Source: Candidatus Latescibacterota bacterium (lineage in GTDB: Bacteria > Latescibacterota > UBA2968 > UBA8231). From it: 64,000 bases of DNA. Below are positions 45,426 through 54,971 of the stretch, in pieces. The position numbers and the translations under genes are program-made. Location of the stretch: positions 256,001 through 320,000 of the forward strand of contig CBDCSU010000004.1 in assembly GCA_965221775.1 (NCBI GenBank), written 5' to 3'. Each line of letters starts with the position of its first letter. The first letter of the stretch is position 1. The notes beneath the pieces are model-generated. The model was not told the origin of the DNA. It searched no databases and saw nothing but the letters and a program-made list of their open reading frames with translations.

Positions 45426-46889
45426 GTGGAATCCGGATCGGGCTTCGGCACCGGCGCCCTCGTCGTCATCGGTCTCTACCTGGTGATGATGATCGGCGTC
45501 GGCTGGATCGGCCGGCTGCGGCGCAAGAGCGACAGCATGGCCGACTTCTACCTGGCCGGCCGCTCCATGGGCCTGCCGGTGCTGCTGCTGACCCTCTACG
45601 CCACGCAGTACAGCGGCAACACCATGTTCGGGTACACGGGCAAGGCCTACCGGATCGGCTTCGAGTGGACCGTCTCGATCCTGTTCATGTTCTCCATCAT
45701 CGTCGGCTACCTGCTCTTCGCGCCGCGCCTCGTGGCCCTCTCCCGGCGCCTCGACTTCATCACTCCCGGCGACTACATCCGGCACCGTTTCGGCTCGCCC
45801 ATCCTGACCCTGCTGGCCACCCTGCTGATGGTCTACGCCCTCGGCAACTACACCCTCGCCCAGCTCAAGGCGATGGGGGTGGCCGTGGAGGGGATCACCG
45901 ACGGCGGCATCTCCTCGGCCTGGGGCATCATCGCCCTGGCGGTGATCATGGTCGTCTACGAGACCCTGGGGGGCATGCGGTCCGTGGCCTGGACCGACGT
46001 GATCCAGGGGGTCGTCCTGCTCGCCGGGTTCTCCGTCCTCCTGTTCCTGGTGCCCGGCCTGGGGGGAGGACTGACAGCGGTCGTGGAGGAGCTGAGCGTG
46101 AGCGAGCCCGCCATGGTCGGGGCGCCGTCCCTGGAGGTCTGCAACACCTGGATCAGCTTCGTCTTCCTCCTCGGCTGCGGCGCCGCCATCTACCCCCAGG
46201 CGATCCAGCGGCTCTACGCCAGCCGCTCGGTGAGCGTCCTCAAACGGTCCCTGACGGTGATGGCCTTCCTGCCCCTGACCACCACCCTCATCGCCCTCCT
46301 CTGCGGGCTCACGGGCCGCGTCGTGCTGCCGGGCCTGGAGGGGGTCGAGACCGACCAGATCCTGGGGCGGCTCTGCGGCCTGATCATGGAGCAGTCCCTG
46401 GCGGGGTACTGGCTCGTGGTGGTCATCTTCGCCGCCGCCCTCGCCGCCCTCATGTCGACGGCCGACTCGGCGCTGCTGAGCATCTCCTCCATGTTCACCC
46501 GCGACATCTACCAGGTCCACTTCAGGCCGGAGGCGCCGCAGTCGGAGCTGACCCTGGTGGGCAAGATCGTCTCCTGGGTGGTGGTGGCCGTCCTGGTGGT
46601 CATCGCCATCAGCACCGAGAAGACCCTCGTGCGCCTGCTGGAGCTCAAGTTCGAGGTCCTCATCCAGATCGTGCCCTGCTTCTTCCTCGGGCTGTACTGG
46701 CGGCGGCTGCGGACCTCGGTGATCATCTGGGGCCTGCTCGCCGGTCTGGCAGTCGCCCTCGGCCTCACCGCCGCCGGCCACAGCAAGCTCTACGGGTTCC
46801 ACGCCGGGGTCGTCGGCCTGGGCGTCAACCTCCTCATCTGCGCCGCCGGCCGCCTCCTGGCCCCGGCCAGGCCGGAAGGAGAAGGGTGA
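45426..46889 (+). CDS. Sodium:solute symporter family protein
   Basis: DFYLAGRS, GGMRSVAWTDVIQG and AALMSTADS. Confidence 0.9.
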   Translation: MESGSGFGTGALVVIGLYLVMMIGVGWIGRLRRKSDSMADFYLAGRSMGLPVLLLTLYATQYSGNTMFGYTGKAYRIGFEWTVSILFMFSIIVGYLLFAPRLVALSRRLDFITPGDYIRHRFGSPILTLLATLLMVYALGNYTLAQLKAMGVAVEGITDGGISSAWGIIALAVIMVVYETLGGMRSVAWTDVIQGVVLLAGFSVLLFLVPGLGGGLTAVVEELSVSEPAMVGAPSLEVCNTWISFVFLLGCGAAIYPQAIQRLYASRSVSVLKRSLTVMAFLPLTTTLIALLCGLTGRVVLPGLEGVETDQILGRLCGLIMEQSLAGYWLVVVIFAAALAALMSTADSALLSISSMFTRDIYQVHFRPEAPQSELTLVGKIVSWVVVAVLVVIAISTEKTLVRLLELKFEVLIQIVPCFFLGLYWRRLRTSVIIWGLLAGLAVALGLTAAGHSKLYGFHAGVVGLGVNLLICAAGRLLAPARPEGEG

Positions 46890-46890
46890 A

Positions 46891-48012
46891 GTGAAGATCA
46901 CCTCCGTGGACATCTGGACCGTCGTGGTACCCACGATCCCCGGGCGGGTGCACAGCCCGGAGTGGGTCGCCGAGACCGGCTGGGACCAGGTGCCCAAGCA
47001 CCTGCTGCGGCTGAACACCGACACCGAGCTGCACGGGATCGGGGAGACCGGGCGGGGGGTCCCGTTGGAGCAGGTGCAGGAGGGGGCCCGCCTCCTCCTC
47101 GGCAGCGATCCGGAGAGGCTCTCCCTCCGGGACCTCTACGCCGTGCCCGCGGGCCGGGTCCTCGACGGCAGCGAACGCGGCGTGCCCGGCGTTCAGCAGG
47201 GCCCCGCGTACGCCGCTTTCGAGATGGCCGTCCTCGACCTGGTGGGCCGCGCCCGGCAACTGCCCGTCCACGCCCTTCTGGGCGGCGCCGTGCGCTGGCG
47301 GGTGCGCGCCGACTACTGGATCGGCCACCAGACCCCCGAGGACGGCAGGCGGTCGGTGGAGCGCGCCCTGCGGCTGGGCTTCCACGGGGTCAAGATCAAG
47401 TGCAAGCTGGACGAGCCGATGGAGGAGCGCCTGCGCGCCATGCGCGACGTGGCCGGCGCCGACTTCAAGGTCACCGTCGACCCCAACGAGCGGTTCCACA
47501 CGGCACAACAGGCGATCGAGCTGGCCCACCGGCTCGTGGCCCTGGGCAACGTCGAGGTCTTCGAGGACCCGATCCCCAAGGGGGACCTGGAGGGCTACGT
47601 CCGCATCCACGAGGAGGTGGACGCGCCGATCGCCATGCATCTCGGCGACGGGGCCTCCATGCTGAGGGCCCTGGAGGCCGGGTGCGTGGACTGCTTCAAC
47701 CTCGGCAGCGGCCCGGTCCGGATGCCGGACCTGGCACAGATCGCCGCCGCCGCGGGCATGCCCTGCTGGCACGGCTCCGGCAACGACCTGGGGATCATCG
47801 ACACCTCCTACATCCACGCCGCGGCCCTGGCCCCCGCCTGCACCATGGCCTCCGACTTCGTCGGCAGCTGGACCCGCGAGGACGACCTCATCGTCGAGCC
47901 GATCGAGTTCGTCGACGGCTACGTGAACACCCCCCAGGAGCCGGGCCTCGGGTGCGATCTCGACCTGGAGGCGCTGCCGAGGTACACCCGGGCCCACGAG
48001 GAGATCCGCTGA
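46891..48012 (+). CDS. Mandelate racemase/muconate lactonizing enzyme family protein
   Basis: EMAVLDL, KIK, VDPNE, FEDP and PGLG. Confidence 0.85.
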   Translation: MKITSVDIWTVVVPTIPGRVHSPEWVAETGWDQVPKHLLRLNTDTELHGIGETGRGVPLEQVQEGARLLLGSDPERLSLRDLYAVPAGRVLDGSERGVPGVQQGPAYAAFEMAVLDLVGRARQLPVHALLGGAVRWRVRADYWIGHQTPEDGRRSVERALRLGFHGVKIKCKLDEPMEERLRAMRDVAGADFKVTVDPNERFHTAQQAIELAHRLVALGNVEVFEDPIPKGDLEGYVRIHEEVDAPIAMHLGDGASMLRALEAGCVDCFNLGSGPVRMPDLAQIAAAAGMPCWHGSGNDLGIIDTSYIHAAALAPACTMASDFVGSWTREDDLIVEPIEFVDGYVNTPQEPGLGCDLDLEALPRYTRAHEEIR

Positions 48013-49751
48013 TGGCGCCGCCCTCCGCCTTCAGCGCCGCCCTGGGGGAGTGGCGGCGGGCCTTCGACGACCGCGGCTCCGCCCTCGGCCGCGACCTTCA
48101 GCGGCTCTACGGCGACGAGTCCGAGGCCTGGCGGCTCCGCTACCGGGAGGCCCTCGCCCTCTTCGCCGAGCGCCATCCCGAAGGCGGCGAGGGACGCCGG
48201 GTGGTCATCAGCCGCTGCCCCGGACAGATGAACATCATGGGCATGCACATCGACTACGGCGGCATGCCCAGCCTGCGCCTGGCCGTGCGCGGCCACGACA
48301 CGGTTACGGTGGCGGCGGCGCGCGACGACGACCGGGTGGCGCTGCACAGCATCTACCGCGGCGACGGGGGCGCAGGGCAGGACTTCGAACCCGTGAGCTT
48401 CCGCCTGTCGGACCTGGCCGCCGCCGAGCCGCTGGCCACGCGCCAGGACCTGATGGACTACGCCGGGACCCTGGGCACCCGCCGGGAGCAGGAGACGGGG
48501 AGCGCCATGGACGACGGTTGGGGCATCCTGCCCCAGGGGCAGCTCGTCTATCTCGACAGCTGGCTGCGCCTGCGGGGGCGCCGTCCGCGGGGCCTGGACG
48601 CCCTCCTCTTCAGCAACGTCTCGCCCTCGGGAGGCATGTCCTCCTCGTCGGCGCTGGTCATCTCCACGGCCTTCGCCGTCCTCGGCCTCCACGGCCTGCG
48701 TCCGGGCCGCGACATCTCCTGGGAGGACGTCATCGACGGGGTCGGCACCTCCGAGTGGATCCGGGGCACCCGCGGCGGCACCGCCGACCACGGCGGCATG
48801 GTCCTGGGCCGGTCCGGGCAGCTGGTGAGCGTCGGCGTCTTCCCGGCGCAAAACTGCGGCTCGGCGCCCCTGCCGGAGGAGTACGTGGCCATCCTCCTCG
48901 ACAGCGGGGTCCCGCGAGTCTACGACGAGGCCGGCAAGGAGGAGACCGTCCTCGCCTACCCGCTGGGCACGTACCTGCTGCGGGACGTGCTGCTGCCGGC
49001 GATGCGCGGAGCCCCGGGATGGGAGGGCCTGGTGCCGGACTTTCGCGAGCGGGTCGAGATGATCCGCGATCTGACGCCGGAGAACCTGGGCCTCACCACG
49101 GCGCAGCTGTGCGAGTTGCTGGCCATGGTGCCGGAGCGCACCAGCCTGGCCGAGCTCGAGGCGAGCGCCCGCGGCTCCGGCGGCCTCGAGGCCTACGCCG
49201 AGATGCACCGGCGCGACGTGGGGGAGCGGTTTCCCCATACGCGTTCCGACTCTCCGATGCTGCTGCGGCGGCGGTTCACCTTCGGCCTGGCCGAGCAGGA
49301 CCGGGTGGCCGCCGCCGTCGACCTCCTGGCGGCCGGCGACGCGGCCACCGCCTTCGAGCTGGTCCGCCTGTCCCACGCCGGGGACCGCGATGATGAGGTG
49401 ACCCTCGAGGAACTGGCGGCCGTGGCCGAGGCCTCGCGCCGGGGCGATCCTCGGGGCCGTCTCGCCTTCGTGCCCGGTGGGTATGGACGCATGACCGAGG
49501 CGTACGACCGCGTGGTCACCACCCTGAACGACTTCCTCGCAGGCTGCGGAGAGGACGCCGGGGCGGTGCAGCGGCTGGGCGCCGGATGGGGGGGCAACCT
49601 GGGCGGCCTGATCTCGCGGCGTTTCCTCGCCGGCCCGGAGCGCTCGGCCATGGAGGAGGTGATCGCCGCCCTCGGCCTCCCGGAGGCGGATCTCGACGGT
49701 TCGGTGGCCACGCCGGGGGAGGGCGCTTGCCTGCTGACCCCTCCCTCGTAG
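48012..49751 (+). CDS. Divergent galactokinase-like GHMP kinase
   Basis: PGQMNIMGMHIDYGG, PSGGMSSSSAL and RLGAGWGG. Confidence 0.72.
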   Translation: MAPPSAFSAALGEWRRAFDDRGSALGRDLQRLYGDESEAWRLRYREALALFAERHPEGGEGRRVVISRCPGQMNIMGMHIDYGGMPSLRLAVRGHDTVTVAAARDDDRVALHSIYRGDGGAGQDFEPVSFRLSDLAAAEPLATRQDLMDYAGTLGTRREQETGSAMDDGWGILPQGQLVYLDSWLRLRGRRPRGLDALLFSNVSPSGGMSSSSALVISTAFAVLGLHGLRPGRDISWEDVIDGVGTSEWIRGTRGGTADHGGMVLGRSGQLVSVGVFPAQNCGSAPLPEEYVAILLDSGVPRVYDEAGKEETVLAYPLGTYLLRDVLLPAMRGAPGWEGLVPDFRERVEMIRDLTPENLGLTTAQLCELLAMVPERTSLAELEASARGSGGLEAYAEMHRRDVGERFPHTRSDSPMLLRRRFTFGLAEQDRVAAAVDLLAAGDAATAFELVRLSHAGDRDDEVTLEELAAVAEASRRGDPRGRLAFVPGGYGRMTEAYDRVVTTLNDFLAGCGEDAGAVQRLGAGWGGNLGGLISRRFLAGPERSAMEEVIAALGLPEADLDGSVATPGEGACLLTPPS

Positions 49752-50938
49752 ACGAGGCGCCCCTGCTGGAGGGGGTCCGGGTCCTCGACTTCACCCGCGT
49801 CCTGGCCGGCCCCTACGCGACGATGGTGCTGGCCGACCTCGGCGCCGAGGTGATCAAGGTCGAGCTGCCCGGCAGCGGCGACGAGGCGAGGAACTTCGGA
49901 CCCTTCGTCGGCGGTGTGAGCGCCTACTACGCGAGCGTCAACCGCGGCAAGAAGTCGGTCACCCTCGACCTGCGCACCCCACGAGGCGCGCAACTGGCCA
50001 TGGACCTGGTGGAAGCAGCCGACGTCCTGGTGGAGAACTTCCGCCCCGGCACCATGGCGCGCTTCGGCCTCGACTGCGAGCGCGCCTCGGCGCGCAATCC
50101 TCGCCTGGTGTACGCGTCGATCTCCGGCTTCGGCCAGAGCGGCCCGTACTCCCACCGGCCGGCGTACGACGTGATCGTGCAGGCCATGAGCGGGCTGGCC
50201 TCGATCACCGGCCTGCCCGGTCAGCCCCCGGTGCGGGTCGGCTCGTCGACGGCGGATCTGAGCGCCGCCCTCTTCGCCTGCGTCGGCCTCCTGGCGGCCC
50301 TGGCCAGGGCCCGCGAGACCGGGCGCGGCCGCCACCTCGACCTGTCCATGCTCGACTGCCAGGTGGCCCTGCTGGAGAACGCCATCGCCCGCTACGACGT
50401 GACGAGGGAGGTGCCGGGGCCCCTCGGATCCCGGCACCCGGCGATCACGCCCTTCCAGTTCTTCGCCGCCGCCGACGGCTGGGTGGTGGTGGCCGCCGGC
50501 AACGACCGTCTCTTCGCCCGTCTGTGCGAGGTCGTGCAGCGGCCGGGGCTGACCACCGACGAGCGCTTCTCCGACAATGCCGCCCGCACGGCGAACCACC
50601 AGGCCCTCGAGGCCGAGCTGGGGGCCTCCTTCGCCGGGGACTCCGTGGCCGGGTGGCTCGACCGCCTGGAGAAGGCCGGGGTCCCGTGCGGCCCGGTGAA
50701 CGACGTGGCCGACGTGGTGCGGGACCCCCAGATCCAGGCTCGCGCGATGGTCCGGCGGCAGCCGTGCGAGGGCGGGACGGTGGCCGTGCCCGCCACTCCG
50801 CTGCGGTTCTCGCAGGACCCGCCCCGAGACCCCAGGGCGGCGCCCGACCTCGGCGAGCACACGGAATCCGTCCTGCAGGAGCATCTGGGCCTCGATGCCG
50901 AGGCCCTGGTCTCCCTGCGGCGGGACGGCGTCATCTGA
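49727..50938 (+). CDS. CaiB/BaiF family III CoA-transferase
   Basis: LEGVRVLDF, LADLGAEVIKVE, NRGKKS, ENFRPG and YD; TTG start uncertain. Confidence 0.88.
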   Translation: MPADPSLVDEAPLLEGVRVLDFTRVLAGPYATMVLADLGAEVIKVELPGSGDEARNFGPFVGGVSAYYASVNRGKKSVTLDLRTPRGAQLAMDLVEAADVLVENFRPGTMARFGLDCERASARNPRLVYASISGFGQSGPYSHRPAYDVIVQAMSGLASITGLPGQPPVRVGSSTADLSAALFACVGLLAALARARETGRGRHLDLSMLDCQVALLENAIARYDVTREVPGPLGSRHPAITPFQFFAAADGWVVVAAGNDRLFARLCEVVQRPGLTTDERFSDNAARTANHQALEAELGASFAGDSVAGWLDRLEKAGVPCGPVNDVADVVRDPQIQARAMVRRQPCEGGTVAVPATPLRFSQDPPRDPRAAPDLGEHTESVLQEHLGLDAEALVSLRRDGVI

Positions 50939-50963
50939 ACATTCGATCGAAGAAAGGCGCGGG

Positions 50964-51863
50964 ATGATCCCCCTGATCAGCAGTCAGTGCTACGGCCCCC
51001 TCCAGATCTGTCACCTGCCGCGGCTGTGGTGGAAGGCGTCGCTGAACGCCGCCGGCCGCCTGGCCGAGGACTACCCGGAGTGCACCCCCGTCCTCGACAG
51101 CATGGTCCTCGATCTGCTCGGCCTCGACAAGGAGGCGGCCCTCGGGCACATCCACTCGGGGCGGCCCGACTATCTCGCCTTCGAGGCCTGGGTCCGCGAT
51201 CAGACGGGGGGTGGACCCTCCCGTGAACAGGTCGAGGAGTGGAACGGCTCCATCCGCTCCCGGGTCCACCAGCAGTGGAAGATCGACGACATCTACCCGA
51301 CCCTCGGCTTCGACGGATCTGAGGGAATCACTTCAGCCGTGGTGCTCAACCACCTGGAGGACTGGCACTTCTGGCATGCCCGGGACCTGGGAGGGGAAGC
51401 GCTGGAAGGATGGCGCGGCCGGACCGTGCCGCTGGTCTCATCCCTCGACTACGGTCTCCTGGGCGTCTGCCAGCTGCCGCGCACATGGCACAAGGTGCTG
51501 CTCCAGGCCGCCGGCCTGCTGCACGCCGACTACCCGGGCCTGGGCGGCGGCCTCGACCGGCGCGTGGTCGTGGACGTCCTCGGCCTGGACGCCGATCAGG
51601 TCGTCGAGCACCTGACCTCGGAGCGCCCCTCCTACCTCGAGTTCGAGGACTGGGTGGGGGAGCAGCTGGGGGGGCGAGAGGTGAACGGCGCCGTGGAGGA
51701 GTGGAACGGGTTCGTGCGCAACCGGGTCCACCGGGCCGACAAGCGGGCCGACATCCATAGCAACCTGGGGCGTCCCGACGACGGCTCGCTGCCGCAGTCG
51801 GCGGTGGTCCTCAACCACGTGGAGGACTGGCACCTCGCCCACGGCATCCTGTGGGCGGAGTGA
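50964..51863 (+). CDS. Protein with two tandem DUF5069-like domains
   Basis: Both halves read PL.SS..YG.L..C.LPR.W.K..L.AAG.L..DYP....LD...VVLNH.EDWH..H. Confidence 0.7.
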   Translation: MIPLISSQCYGPLQICHLPRLWWKASLNAAGRLAEDYPECTPVLDSMVLDLLGLDKEAALGHIHSGRPDYLAFEAWVRDQTGGGPSREQVEEWNGSIRSRVHQQWKIDDIYPTLGFDGSEGITSAVVLNHLEDWHFWHARDLGGEALEGWRGRTVPLVSSLDYGLLGVCQLPRTWHKVLLQAAGLLHADYPGLGGGLDRRVVVDVLGLDADQVVEHLTSERPSYLEFEDWVGEQLGGREVNGAVEEWNGFVRNRVHRADKRADIHSNLGRPDDGSLPQSAVVLNHVEDWHLAHGILWAE

Positions 51864-51882
51864 GGCTTCCCCGGGGGCGGGC

Positions 51883-53445
51883 TCAGGGCTGAAAGACCAG
51901 GGCCCGTCCGGGAAGAGGGTCGGCCAGATCGGCCACGGCCTGGCCGCCGTCGATCACGGGCGTCCCGTTGACAAGGACGTGGTCGATGCCCGCGGGCAGT
52001 TGCCGGGGATCATCGTAGGTGGCCCGGTCCGTCACCGTGTCGTCGTCGAAGACGACCAGATCGGCGAACCACCCCTCCTTGACCTGACCCCGCTCCGCGC
52101 ATCCGAAGCGCCGCGCCGGCCGGTCGCTGAGCCTGGCCACCGCCTCCTCGAGGCTGAACAGGCCCTGGTCGCGCACGCACGGCCCCAGCAGGCGCGGCGC
52201 CGAGCCGTACATCCTCGGGTGCACCTGGCCGTCGGGGAAGTAGATGCCGTCGGTGCCCATGACATAGCAGTCGTGGGCGAGAAAAGGCGCGATCAGCTCG
52301 TCGGCGCCGTGGTGGAAGACCAGGAGGACGGCCAGGTTCTCCTCGATCAGCAGTTCGCACAGGGCGTCCTCCGGGGACTTGCCCACCTCGGCCACGTACT
52401 CCGAGAGCAGGCGGCCGATGTAACGCTGGTTCTCCCGTGACGGCAGCCAGGCGATGTGCGCGCTCTCCAGCCGCGTCCGGGACAGGTCGCGGGCGAACTC
52501 GCGCCGCAGCCGGCGGTCGGTGAGCTTGCCCAGAACCGCCAGCGATCCCTCCTCCCACACCTCGTGGGGCAGCAGGAAGTTGAGCATCGTCGACCCCGGC
52601 AGGTACGGGTAGACGTCGAAGGAGAAGCTGACCTCCTGGCGGGCGGTGCCGTCCACGTACTCCAGCAGTCCGTCGATCTGCTCCGGCGTCGTGCCCTTCA
52701 GGTGCGAGATGTGGACGGGCACGCCGGCGCGGCGGCCGATCTCCACCGCCTCGGCCACGCCTTCCAAGGTCCCCTTCCGGTAGCGCACATGGCTGACGTA
52801 CAGCCCGTGGGGCGCCATCGGCTCGCAGACCTCGACCAGCTCGTCGAGGGTGGCGAACCACTGGGGCATGTACTCGATCCCCGTGGACAGCCCCACCGCC
52901 CCCTCGGCCATGCCCTGCTCCACGTCGGCGCGCATCCTCGTCATCTGGAAGTCGTCGGGCACGGCCCGGCTCCAGCCCATGGCCATGGCGCGCACGTTGC
53001 CGTACGGCAGGTGGGTGATGGCATTCTGCGCCGTGCGCCGGTGCAGGCCGGCCATGTAGTCGGCCAGGGAGCGCCAGCCGTCGTACTCCTCGAAGACCAG
53101 CCCGTTCAGGGCCCGCATGTAGTGGACCCACTCCGGCGCCGTCTCCTCGTCGACGGGGGCGTAGGAGATCCCGTCGGCCATGATCACCTCGGTGGTGAAG
53201 CCCTGGGCGGTCTTGGGCACCAGGTGGGGGATCTTGCGCAGCCAGGCGTCGGAGTGGTTGTGGACGTCGACGAAGCCGGGCGCCACGATGAGGCCCGAGG
53301 CGTCGATGCGCCGCCCCGCCTCGGCGCCGGAGAGGTCCCCGGCGACGGCCACGACGCGCTCCCCGCGCAGGCCCACGTCGGCGCGTTTCCGAGGCGCCCC
53401 CGTGCCGTCGATGACGGTGCCGCCGGCGATGACGATGTCGAACAT
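51883..53445 (-). CDS. N-acyl-D-amino-acid deacylase (D-aminoacylase) family
   Basis: APGFVDVHNHSD, GLSTG, HISHLK, DVYPY, HPRMYG and ADLVVFD. Confidence 0.87.
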   Translation of the reverse strand: MFDIVIAGGTVIDGTGAPRKRADVGLRGERVVAVAGDLSGAEAGRRIDASGLIVAPGFVDVHNHSDAWLRKIPHLVPKTAQGFTTEVIMADGISYAPVDEETAPEWVHYMRALNGLVFEEYDGWRSLADYMAGLHRRTAQNAITHLPYGNVRAMAMGWSRAVPDDFQMTRMRADVEQGMAEGAVGLSTGIEYMPQWFATLDELVEVCEPMAPHGLYVSHVRYRKGTLEGVAEAVEIGRRAGVPVHISHLKGTTPEQIDGLLEYVDGTARQEVSFSFDVYPYLPGSTMLNFLLPHEVWEEGSLAVLGKLTDRRLRREFARDLSRTRLESAHIAWLPSRENQRYIGRLLSEYVAEVGKSPEDALCELLIEENLAVLLVFHHGADELIAPFLAHDCYVMGTDGIYFPDGQVHPRMYGSAPRLLGPCVRDQGLFSLEEAVARLSDRPARRFGCAERGQVKEGWFADLVVFDDDTVTDRATYDDPRQLPAGIDHVLVNGTPVIDGGQAVADLADPLPGRALVFQP

Positions 53446-54845
53446 CAGAGCAGCTCCACTTCCAGGTCGTCGAACCAGGAGGTGCCGGCGCCGTCCTGGC
53501 GCAGGACGATCTCCACGGCGCTGACCTCCGGCGGCGAGGGACCGCGGATCTCGACGGCCAGGCGGGTCCAGCCGCAGGTCCCCGTGAGACGCTCGGAGCA
53601 GACCAGGGGATAGCGCTCCGGGTGGTTGTAGATGATCCAGCGCAAGGCCACGCAGGCGCCCCGGCCGGAGACGGATTCGGTGCGCACCCAGAGGCAGACC
53701 CGGAAGCCGGTGTTCGTCTGCCAGCGCTGGGTGAAGGCGCCCTCGCCCTCGCGGTCCATCGACCACTCGGTGACCCCGGCCGTCTCCCGGTGGATCTTCA
53801 GGGAGCAGTCGTCGCTGCGGCCGTGATCCCGGCACCACTCGGCGCCGTCGCCGGCGGGCAGCCACGGCCAGGGATCGAGGTCTCCGGCCGGCTCGTCGAG
53901 GCGCAGGGGCTTCTCGAAGCTCGAGCGGCGCTCGTACCGCGGCAGCTGGCGGAAGCCGGCGTACTCAACCGGCGGCACGGCTGCGGCCCACCGGCGAAGC
54001 TCGGCCACCTTCTCGTCCGGGCACAGGCGGATGCGGAAGCGCTCGCAGATCGGCTCGTAGAGCTCGCCGGCGCCATAGCGGGAGCTCAGATGGATGTCGT
54101 ATCCCCAGTTGCACACCGAGGCGGAGGTCCGGGCCGCGGTGTCGCCGGGGAACTCGAAGGCGGGGTTGTGGCCGGGGTCGGCGGCCAGCACGAAGAGGCC
54201 GCCGGCGCGGAAGGAGCGGGGACTGGGGATGCCCGTGGCCATGTGGTTCAGCGGCATCTGCCAGACCGTGCCGTCGGCCGGCTCCGCGAGGAGGTGGGTG
54301 TAGCCGTGGGCGGACCAGGCCCCCTCGAAGGCGAGGGTGGGAGCGGGGACGTCGCAGTACCAGGGATCGCTGTACTCGAAGGAGACCTGCTCCACGCCGG
54401 GTCGGTGGAAGACCTCGGGGCTGTGCAGATCCAGGTGGCAGGCGAAGTCGTAGACGTAGGAGCCCAGGCCCTCGTCCCAGGTCACGGTGAGGACACGGCG
54501 GGAGGTGGCGACGCCTCCGGGATCGGCGGTGGTCACGGTCACCGTGAGGCGGTCGGTGCCGCGCCCGTCGACGGTGACCTCGATCAGCTCGGTGGTGATG
54601 ATGTGGCCGTCGAAGTTCCAGAACAGCTGCGTGCCGGCCACCAGGGGACGGCCGCCCGGGGAGAGCCTCAGATCCCGCAGGACGACCGGTTTCAGGTTGC
54701 GGTCGAAGTAGCGCAGGTTCTGCTCCGGCTGCTCCACCACCGCCCGCTCGAGGCGGGCGATCGGCTCGCCGCCGTCGCAGATCCACTCCTCGCCGGCCGT
54801 CTCGCCGCCCCGGGTCACGAGGTCGAAGCGGCTCCGGTGGCCCAT
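53445..54845 (-). CDS. Hypothetical protein with C-terminal carbohydrate-binding-like beta-sandwich
   Basis: GGAG RBS; C-terminal LWVRT..V.G...GT.GW.....G.GTSWFDDL pattern typical of CBM4/9-like folds. Confidence 0.62.
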   Translation of the reverse strand: MGHRSRFDLVTRGGETAGEEWICDGGEPIARLERAVVEQPEQNLRYFDRNLKPVVLRDLRLSPGGRPLVAGTQLFWNFDGHIITTELIEVTVDGRGTDRLTVTVTTADPGGVATSRRVLTVTWDEGLGSYVYDFACHLDLHSPEVFHRPGVEQVSFEYSDPWYCDVPAPTLAFEGAWSAHGYTHLLAEPADGTVWQMPLNHMATGIPSPRSFRAGGLFVLAADPGHNPAFEFPGDTAARTSASVCNWGYDIHLSSRYGAGELYEPICERFRIRLCPDEKVAELRRWAAAVPPVEYAGFRQLPRYERRSSFEKPLRLDEPAGDLDPWPWLPAGDGAEWCRDHGRSDDCSLKIHRETAGVTEWSMDREGEGAFTQRWQTNTGFRVCLWVRTESVSGRGACVALRWIIYNHPERYPLVCSERLTGTCGWTRLAVEIRGPSPPEVSAVEIVLRQDGAGTSWFDDLEVELL

Positions 54846-54971
54846 GGAGATCCTCCGTCGAATCGGTGCCATCGAGTCTGTTATGGGGAGGCCGCAAGAT
54901 ACCCCCGCCCCACCCGGGCGGCAACCGCCGTTGATTGACAGGGCCGGAGGCCCGGAGCTTCATATGTCTCC

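Noticed and set aside
54935-54966. TTGACA upstream of the amidohydrolase as a promoter
   Set aside because: No acceptable -10 hexamer at 16-18 bp spacing.
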